Part shown: one piece after another, positions 35,745 to 42,550 of the stretch
Numbering within the stretch: position 1 is the first letter of the stretch
Layout: each line of letters begins with the position of its first letter
Source of the DNA: a virus
Lineage: Duplodnaviria; Caudoviricetes
Direction: 5' to 3' (one strand)
Virus record (IMG/VR): IMGVR_UViG_3300033509_000070
Location: 1-42,550 of that record
Length of the DNA: 42,550 nucleotides
Program-made: the position numbers and the translations under genes
The notes under the pieces: model-generated
The model's input: only the letters and a program-made list of their open reading frames with translations
The model's database searches: none
What the model was told of the DNA's origin: nothing

Positions 35745-37142
35745 ATGTCAAAATTTAAAATAAATCCAGTAACTGGCAATCCTTTTGATATGATTGGAAT
35801 AGATATTGAAGAAATAGATATGGGAAGTATTCCAGTTAGAACTGCTGATGGTTGGGGCAGTTTAGTTCCATCTGAATCTGGCTCTGATGCAGACATGTTT
35901 AAAGCAACATATGATACTAATAATAATGGTATAGTAGATAATTCTGAAAAACTTGGAAATAATTTACCAGCATATTATGCAATAGAAAGTCAGGTAGTGC
36001 ATAATACTGGAAACGAAAGTATAAATGGTATAAAAACATTTAATAATAATATAAATGTTAATGCTATTCAATACGATACTACTCCAACAGTAACTACCGC
36101 AGTTGAGGGTTTAAGTTATTGGGATGGAGAGTCTGGCACTCGAAAAACTGTAATGAAAAATACAGAAGTAATACTAAATGATGGTCAAGAGCTTTATGTT
36201 CCATATGCAAAAAATGGAGAAAGTGTTACAATAACTAATGGTACATTAGTTTATGTTTTCGGAGCTACTGGAAATAATCCAGTTATGAAAATAGCTTCTA
36301 ATGACAATATAGATACCGCATGCTGTACTCTAGCAGTGGCTACACATAATATATCTCCAAATGAGCATGGTTACTATACTATTCATGGATTAGTAAATGA
36401 CGTAAATACAGATAGTTTTACTGCTGGAGATAAATTATACTTAGGATTAAATGGTCAACCAACAAATATAATTCCATCAAATAATGTTAAAGTAGATATT
36501 GGATATTGTATAAGAAAAAATACTAATAATGGAAGTATTTTTGTATCAATTGCTAATGATTTTCATGAGAACATATATGTACCTCAAGATTTATTAATAA
36601 AGTGTCCAGTAAATAAAACATTATTATTAGAACATAAGGTATGGGATGATTTAAATTTTGACCCAAATGTATCTGGAGGAAATCCTTCTACATTGCCAGA
36701 TAATGTAACAATAGATAATTGTTTTTATAAAGAGTTTACAAGTTCTAATAATCAAACTTGTGGTTCTGCAAATGAATTACCACATACGACATATATTGGT
36801 GGTGATTTAAATATATATCCACATTTACATATATTTTTAAAAAATGGAGAGAGTGCAGGAACTACTGGAGTTCAATTTACTGTTTATTGGGCTATGAGAG
36901 AAAATGGAACAAAAATAACTGGTTCTACTATATTATCTGCAACATCTGCTGAATTAACTACAAGCCCAAATAGTTTAGGATTATATAATTTAGCTGGATT
37001 TGCTGGTCCAACACACATTGGTGCACAACTAGCATTAAGAATAGCTAGAACTGGCGGTAATGCAGGAGATGTAGTAGTTATGACTTATGGTATACACTAT
37101 CCTATCGACACTATTGGTTCAAGACAATTAGGAGCAAAATAA
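35745..37142 (+). CDS. Fibre/structural protein
   Basis: DMFKATYDTNNNGIVD, VVHNTGNESINGIKTF, cement-like middle and a jelly-roll-like C-terminus. Confidence 0.7.
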   Translation: MSKFKINPVTGNPFDMIGIDIEEIDMGSIPVRTADGWGSLVPSESGSDADMFKATYDTNNNGIVDNSEKLGNNLPAYYAIESQVVHNTGNESINGIKTFNNNINVNAIQYDTTPTVTTAVEGLSYWDGESGTRKTVMKNTEVILNDGQELYVPYAKNGESVTITNGTLVYVFGATGNNPVMKIASNDNIDTACCTLAVATHNISPNEHGYYTIHGLVNDVNTDSFTAGDKLYLGLNGQPTNIIPSNNVKVDIGYCIRKNTNNGSIFVSIANDFHENIYVPQDLLIKCPVNKTLLLEHKVWDDLNFDPNVSGGNPSTLPDNVTIDNCFYKEFTSSNNQTCGSANELPHTTYIGGDLNIYPHLHIFLKNGESAGTTGVQFTVYWAMRENGTKITGSTILSATSAELTTSPNSLGLYNLAGFAGPTHIGAQLALRIARTGGNAGDVVVMTYGIHYPIDTIGSRQLGAK

Positions 37143-37279
37143 TGATAGTAAATAAAATAACTGGATTAATTCATAATAATAATTTATTTAAAAAAAATGA
37201 TAATAAAAATGTTATTGCCGATAAAGTAAATAGCAATAAAAGATTATTAAATGATGAATTTATAAAACAAAATAAATAA
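37142..37279 (+). CDS. 45-aa hypothetical protein (not in ORF track)
   Basis: TAATG coupling, AGGAG RBS; MIVNKITGLIH...DEFIKQNK. Confidence 0.45.
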   Translation: MIVNKITGLIHNNNLFKKNDNKNVIADKVNSNKRLLNDEFIKQNK

Positions 37280-37305
37280 AATTACACAAATAAGGAGATT
37301 AAATT

Positions 37306-37611
37306 ATGGGATTATTTACAAAAATTAAAAGCTTATTTATTAAGGCTAAGAAAAAAATTACCGAAGTTTCGCAGACCCTAGAAGGTTTTGTGGGAGACCA
37401 TAAAGAGCAAATAGTAAAAGCTATGCAATTAGCAGATTTAGCTTATGATGCATTCGAAGGGCGTTCTAAAATGGTTGCTGTTATATCATTTTTTATTACA
37501 GGAATTAACGCAAGATGTGGACAAAATTTTAATGCAGAACAATTAGGCACTGAAGCTACAAAAGAACTTGAGGAAAAATTTCAAGAAGTATATAACAAAT
37601 TAAAAGCGTAA
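37306..37611 (+). CDS. Hypothetical helical protein
   Basis: 101 aa; TAAGGAG RBS. Confidence 0.75.
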   Translation: MGLFTKIKSLFIKAKKKITEVSQTLEGFVGDHKEQIVKAMQLADLAYDAFEGRSKMVAVISFFITGINARCGQNFNAEQLGTEATKELEEKFQEVYNKLKA

Positions 37612-37631
37612 TTATAATAGGAATATAAAAT

Positions 37632-38486
37632 ATGTACCCAACAAAACCAACTGGCGATAATGTAGTATCTGAAAATTATATTTTTGCTTTAAATAATATA
37701 TTAAAATCTCCTATGAGTTCTGATGAACTATTAGAAGGATATAATAATAAAGGTGAGTCAGAAACAGAATTAACATCTATTCCTGATGCATCTAAATTTA
37801 ACTCATTTCTATATCAAATGCACAATACATTAGTTTGGGTAATTGGATATATTACGGAGCTTTATAATGCTAAAGTAGAGAAATCTGGTAGCACTATGAC
37901 AGGAACATTAGCTATGGGTAGTAATAAAGTTACGACTACTTATGTTCCAGTAAACAATGAAGATGCAACAAACAAGCTATATGTAGATACTGCAATAGCT
38001 GGAAATATATGGCTAGGTGAAATTAAAACTCTTTCATATCCATCTATTCCAACACTACCAGCAGGAATGGAAATAATTCCATGTGATGGTAGAGAATTGT
38101 CTAGAAGCACTTACTCTGCTTATTTTTCTTTAGTTGGAACTACATATGGCGTAGGTAACAATAGCACTACATTTAATGCCCCAGATTTAAGAGGTTTAAC
38201 TGTTCGTGGATGGGATAATGGTAGAGGCTTAGACCCTACAAGAGTATTCGGTACTTATCAAGAAGATACATTAAAGTCTCATAGACATTTAAATGGCGTA
38301 TCTAATGATGCTACTTATGGTCCATTTCCATATGGTGGTACAACTACTGATATGCCAGGTCAAGCTACTACTCAATTTGGAGATGCTGCTGGTGCAATGA
38401 ATGCTCAAGGTTATACAGCATATACTGGAGATACAGAGACTAGAATGAAGAATATAGCTATGTATCATGTAGTAAGAGTAAAATAA
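37632..38486 (+). CDS. Tail fibre protein with tail-collar domain
   Basis: CDGRELSRSTY, TTFNAPDLRG, GWDNGRGLD, SHRH, ETRMKNIA. Confidence 0.9.
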   Translation: MYPTKPTGDNVVSENYIFALNNILKSPMSSDELLEGYNNKGESETELTSIPDASKFNSFLYQMHNTLVWVIGYITELYNAKVEKSGSTMTGTLAMGSNKVTTTYVPVNNEDATNKLYVDTAIAGNIWLGEIKTLSYPSIPTLPAGMEIIPCDGRELSRSTYSAYFSLVGTTYGVGNNSTTFNAPDLRGLTVRGWDNGRGLDPTRVFGTYQEDTLKSHRHLNGVSNDATYGPFPYGGTTTDMPGQATTQFGDAAGAMNAQGYTAYTGDTETRMKNIAMYHVVRVK

Positions 38487-38620
38487 TGTATATCGAACAA
38501 AAGATAAAAGATATTCCAGATTTACAAATAGGTGATGGTAAAGAAGCTAAACAGTTTGAACTTAAATATAAATTTAAATCTTTAAAAGATTGGTTTATAG
38601 GTTTTATTATAAGATTTTAA
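38486..38620 (+). CDS. 44-aa hypothetical protein (not in ORF track)
   Basis: TAATG coupling; MYIEQKIKDIPDLQIGDG...WFIGFIIRF. Confidence 0.55.
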   Translation: MYIEQKIKDIPDLQIGDGKEAKQFELKYKFKSLKDWFIGFIIRF

Positions 38621-38633
38621 TCAGGTATTAAAT

Positions 38634-39152
38634 ATGACGGAAGTAATATATAATAGAGAATATTTGAAAAATGCAAGTAAGAATTATATATCTAAACATT
38701 TTACTGTAAAAGATGTTTGTTATAGCGATACTGCTTTAGCTAAAAAATTAGATAATATTCCATCTATATCAATAATAAATAATGCAAAATTACTTGCTGA
38801 TAATATTTTAGAATCAATAGTAGTTTATTATAGTAAAATGTTAAATGTACACTGTATGTATCGCTCGTTAAGGGTCAATGAATCTGTTGGAGGTGTAAAT
38901 ACATCTCAGCATTGTTTTGGTCAAGCTTGCGACTTTACAATAGATAGTATAAATAGTAAAAAAATATTTAATGATATAATATCTGGAAGAATAAAGCATA
39001 ATGGAGTTCCAATAAAAAATATATTGGACCAATGTATATTTGAAAATAATGGAGCATGGATACATGTTTCATTTGATAAAAATAAAAGTAGAAAACAATT
39101 TATGACCGCTTTAAATGGTACATATAAAAATGTTTATAAAGAGATAGTTTAG
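38634..39152 (+). CDS. Endolysin, peptidase M15A family
   Basis: ISKHFT, YRS..VN..VGG...SQH..GQACD, WIHVSF. Confidence 0.9.
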   Translation: MTEVIYNREYLKNASKNYISKHFTVKDVCYSDTALAKKLDNIPSISIINNAKLLADNILESIVVYYSKMLNVHCMYRSLRVNESVGGVNTSQHCFGQACDFTIDSINSKKIFNDIISGRIKHNGVPIKNILDQCIFENNGAWIHVSFDKNKSRKQFMTALNGTYKNVYKEIV

Positions 39153-39166
39153 AGAGGTATGAATTT

Positions 39167-39634
39167 GTGGATTTGGAATATTTAGTAAATAATGCTCCAT
39201 CGATAATATTGATGGTTGTTGTATTAGGATTTGTAGGAAAATATTTATATGCATCTAAATCAGATGTAGCGAAACATGAAGTAGATATGAATAACATGTC
39301 ATCTAAAATAGACGGTGGATTTCATTCCTTAGATATGAAAATAGTTACTGCAAATAACTCTAGTATACAAAGTTTTGCAGAAAGAATTAGTTTACAATCT
39401 AAAGAAATAATGGATACTGTTTACCAAAAGTTTCTTACAAAAGAAATGTCGGAAAAGAATGAGCAAATGCATAAAGAAGCTGAGTGTCGTAGAGACCAAA
39501 AGATAGAAAAATTAGAAACTGGTTTAGAATATATTCGCCAAAAAGTCGATAAAAATGAAACAGATAATCAAGTTAATGCTGAAAAAATAGATAATATTTT
39601 AGAAATAGTAAAAACTCTAAGCAAAGAAAAATAA
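39167..39634 (+). CDS. N-terminal TM plus coiled-coil protein, holin or lysis-accessory candidate
   Basis: IILMVVVLGFVG then a coiled coil; adjacent to the endolysin. Confidence 0.5.
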   Translation: MDLEYLVNNAPSIILMVVVLGFVGKYLYASKSDVAKHEVDMNNMSSKIDGGFHSLDMKIVTANNSSIQSFAERISLQSKEIMDTVYQKFLTKEMSEKNEQMHKEAECRRDQKIEKLETGLEYIRQKVDKNETDNQVNAEKIDNILEIVKTLSKEK

Positions 39635-39652
39635 TAAAAGAAGACACACTTT

Positions 39653-40231
39653 ATGAATAAAAATGATACTTGCATAATATTTGGCACATCACCATTTATT
39701 AGTAAAATATGTAAAGAAGACATGGATAGATTATTAAATAACTATACAACTGTCGGTATAAACTTTTTTCCAGTATTATTTAATAATGTAGACTATTGGA
39801 TTTGGGCTGATTATAATGCATACAAAACATGTTATCAATACCATATTAAAGATAGTCATAAAATAATAACTTCTGAAGAAGTTTATAATAGAGAATTAAA
39901 AGATAAAAATTTAAATATAGAATATGTTTTTGATGGTCATATTGATGTGGCGCATGACATAACTAAAAATAAACTTTTAATGTTTAAAACAAGTGTTCAT
40001 CCAGCAATAAATTATATGTATTTAAAAGGATTTAAAAATATATTATTATGCGGAATAGATTTAACTGAAAACTGGAATCACTTTTATGGTCTTGGAGATA
40101 TAGTTAGAACTCCAGTAAGAATTAGACAGATAAGAGATAGATTGTATGAATTTAAAAAATATGTAAATTTATATAATATAAATTGTGAATCTGATTTAGA
40201 GATACAACCTATATATATTAAGGAATTATAA
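39653..40231 (+). CDS. DUF115/MAF-flag10/sialyltransferase-like Rossmann protein
   Basis: CIIFGTSP, TVGIN, TSVHPAINYMYLKGFKNILLCGIDL, HFY. Confidence 0.7.
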   Translation: MNKNDTCIIFGTSPFISKICKEDMDRLLNNYTTVGINFFPVLFNNVDYWIWADYNAYKTCYQYHIKDSHKIITSEEVYNRELKDKNLNIEYVFDGHIDVAHDITKNKLLMFKTSVHPAINYMYLKGFKNILLCGIDLTENWNHFYGLGDIVRTPVRIRQIRDRLYEFKKYVNLYNINCESDLEIQPIYIKEL

Positions 40232-40578
40232 TGGCTTTTACAATAGATAGTAATCAAAATATAACAGTATTTAAAGGTGATACAATAAGTTTTACAGTAA
40301 GATTAAAAAATGATGCAGTATTTACTACTGGAGACTATTTAATATTTACAGTTAAAAAAGAGGGTTCAAGCACTCCATTATTTACTCCTATTGAGCAATA
40401 TACTTTTTCTGCTGATTTCAAAGAAGCAATAATAAATATAACCCATGATGATACAAATAAAGATGCTGGAGTTTATGTTTATACACTAATTTATAATACT
40501 TTAAATAATCAAACGCATCATTTAGTTCCAAATATTTGTGATGGAACAGCACCTACTTTTAAAATTTGCGAGGTTTAA
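40231..40578 (+). CDS. BppU-N-like Ig-fold fibre adaptor
   Basis: ITVFKGDT, FTVKK, ITHDDT...GVYVY. Confidence 0.7.
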   Translation: MAFTIDSNQNITVFKGDTISFTVRLKNDAVFTTGDYLIFTVKKEGSSTPLFTPIEQYTFSADFKEAIINITHDDTNKDAGVYVYTLIYNTLNNQTHHLVPNICDGTAPTFKICEV

Positions 40579-40579
40579 A

Positions 40580-42550
40580 TTGGCAGATATAGAATTTGAC
40601 ATAGTAAATAATAAAAATTTAGATGTTGAATTGACTACTAGTGCTGATTTTAATATAGATTTATTAGGATATATTAGTGGTGGAGTTGTAAACTTTTTAG
40701 GTTTAACTGATACTCCAAATTCATATGTATCTAAAACTGGAAATATAGTTATAGTAAATGAGAATGCAAACGGTCTTAAATTTGCAAATACTATACCGAT
40801 GTCTCAAGTATCTGGATTAAATGAATTTTTAACAGATGTAGTTCATGATTCTGAATATGTCCATACTGATAATAACTATACAGATGCAGAAAAATTAAAA
40901 TTATCTAATATAGAATCTAATGCACAAGTAAACGTAGTAACGGCTGTTAATTCTAAAATAGGTAATGTTGTCCTAAAAACTTCAGACATTGCCGAGGAAT
41001 CCAATCTGTACTATACAGATTTAAGGTCCAGACAATCTATATCAGAAAATATAGAGGGCATAAATTATAATAGTTCAACTGGTGTATTTTCATTAACTAA
41101 TGGATATATTATACCTACATTATCTAACTTTAATAACAAGGTAGATAAAGAATTAAATAAAGGTTTATCTGAAAATGATTTTACAGATACATTAAAATCT
41201 AAATTAGATGGAATAGAATCTGGCGCAGAAGTAAATGATGTTAATTCTGTAAATAATAAAACTGGAAATGTTTCATTAAGTACTTTTGATATTCCAGAAA
41301 ATACTAATTTATATTATACTGACGGTAGAGTTGATTCAAGAATATCTGGTCAAAAAGGAGCTATAAACGGAATAGCTTCATTAGATGCTACTGGAAAAGT
41401 TCCTAGCTCTCAACTTCCATCTACTGGTGGAGGAATTACTTATAAGGGTACTTGGGATGCTTCAACTGGAAATTATCCAACATTAACACCTAATGATGGT
41501 GAATTTTGGGTTATTAGTGTAGCTGGAACTATAAATTCCGTATCATACTCTGTTGGTGATTGGATTATATATAATGTTGGCTCTGGTTGGTCTAAAGTTC
41601 CATCTGGAAGCGCTGTAACATCTGTAAATTCAAAAACTGGTACCGTAGTCTTAACTACTACTGATATAACAGAAGGAATTAATCAATATTATACAGATAC
41701 TAAAGTAAATAATAATACTGAGGTACAAAAAGGTGTAACAGCAAATAGTTGGGGTAATCACTCTAATGCTGGATATGCTCAAGATGATGAAGTAGTTCAT
41801 TTACAAAATGATGAAACTATTTATGGAAACAAAACATTTGATGATACATTATATATTAATGATAAATTAAATGTTGGCTCAGATACTTTTGATTTAACTA
41901 ATCCTGAATTTTTAAAAGTTGATGGCGGAACATCTGCATCTGTTAATATTATATCTGCATATTCTAATTATGATGACTATGTACAATTAAATATTAAAAA
42001 TAGTAATAGTGGAGAATACGCATCATCTGACTTTGTTGCAACAGCAGATATAGGTGAAGAGGGTGCAAACTACATAGATATGGGTATAAATAACTCAAAC
42101 TATGCAAGCCCAGAATTTAATGTAGTAGAAGCCTTAGATGGATATTTATTTATTGATGGTGGTCATTTAGCTGTTGGTACAGCTACTCCAGATAAGCATT
42201 TATACTTATTTACTGGTGGCACTTTACAAGAAAATATAAGAGCTACATTAACTGATACAGATTTAACTTTAACAGTAGATATATCTGCAAATAATTTATC
42301 TGGTACTAATACTGGAGACGAAACTAACGCCACCATTAAAACAAAATTAGGTGCTGATTTAAGCAATAAATTAGATTATAATGGTAATGGTTCTAGTTTA
42401 ACTGGAATAACTTCTAGTCAGATTGGAGCAGAGCCTGCAAATGCCAATATCCAATCACACATAGGTTCGGCATCGAACCCTCACGGTGTTACTAAATCAC
42501 AAGTTGGTCTTGGTAATGTGCCAAATTTAGATACTTCTAATCCAACAAAT
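40580..42550 (+). CDS. Long tail fibre, truncated at the window end (not in ORF track)
   Basis: TTG after GAGG; open to the end. FLGLTDTP, three VNxKxGxVxLxTxDIxExxNxYYTD repeats, YKGTWDAS, NPHGVTKSQVGLGNV. Confidence 0.85.
   Translation, partial: MADIEFDIVNNKNLDVELTTSADFNIDLLGYISGGVVNFLGLTDTPNSYVSKTGNIVIVNENANGLKFANTIPMSQVSGLNEFLTDVVHDSEYVHTDNNYTDAEKLKLSNIESNAQVNVVTAVNSKIGNVVLKTSDIAEESNLYYTDLRSRQSISENIEGINYNSSTGVFSLTNGYIIPTLSNFNNKVDKELNKGLSENDFTDTLKSKLDGIESGAEVNDVNSVNNKTGNVSLSTFDIPENTNLYYTDGRVDSRISGQKGAINGIASLDATGKVPSSQLPSTGGGITYKGTWDASTGNYPTLTPNDGEFWVISVAGTINSVSYSVGDWIIYNVGSGWSKVPSGSAVTSVNSKTGTVVLTTTDITEGINQYYTDTKVNNNTEVQKGVTANSWGNHSNAGYAQDDEVVHLQNDETIYGNKTFDDTLYINDKLNVGSDTFDLTNPEFLKVDGGTSASVNIISAYSNYDDYVQLNIKNSNSGEYASSDFVATADIGEEGANYIDMGINNSNYASPEFNVVEALDGYLFIDGGHLAVGTATPDKHLYLFTGGTLQENIRATLTDTDLTLTVDISANNLSGTNTGDETNATIKTKLGADLSNKLDYNGNGSSLTGITSSQIGAEPANANIQSHIGSASNPHGVTKSQVGLGNVPNLDTSNPTN

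Noticed and set aside
37306-37611. LL-H-type holin call (G..K motif, helical C-terminus)
   Set aside because: There is no clear N-terminal TM helix, and the resemblance is too weak without an HMM search.
4785-42366. Antisense shadow ORFs (4785, 12133, 12425, 18714, 19083, 19159, 24705, 38868, 39100, 42163)
   Set aside because: They lie opposite well-supported genes, as expected from codon bias. 42163..42366 lies opposite the truncated fibre gene.
1-42550. Stop-codon reassignment (code 15 or 4)
   Set aside because: Core genes are intact in code 11, and TAG, TGA and TAA all end genes just before the next RBS or start.
32856-42550. DGR or invertible fibre-switching system
   Set aside because: No reverse transcriptase, invertase or near-identical template/variable repeat was seen. 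The fibre repeats are similar only at protein level.

Overview
This is a 42.5 kb piece of a very AT-rich tailed-phage genome, a contractile-tailed myovirus read in standard code 11. It has three blocks. (1) 1-7200 (+): an early or host-takeover arm of small hypothetical genes and membrane microproteins. Most cassettes have their own sigma70-type promoter and an AAAGAGG RBS. Most of these promoters also carry an 18-bp direct-repeat box, matching the cyanobacterial HLR1/OmpR-type consensus, ending 17-18 nt upstream of the -35. (2) 7800-13070 (-): small genes, including an HNH protein, two HU/IHF-like genes and two coupled membrane genes resembling a Vampirovibrionia/Gastranaerophilales host family. 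These are followed by a repeat-rich divergent control region and a structured terL leader. (3) 13594-end (+): the morphogenesis operon (TerL, portal, XkdF-like protease, scaffold, decoration, MCP, neck, sheath, tube, -1 frameshifting chaperone, TMP, baseplate), several fibre genes, an M15 endolysin and a DUF115/sialyltransferase-like gene. No integrase, TerS, tRNA, CRISPR array or replication gene is recognisable. Family calls come from motif recognition and synteny, not from database searches.
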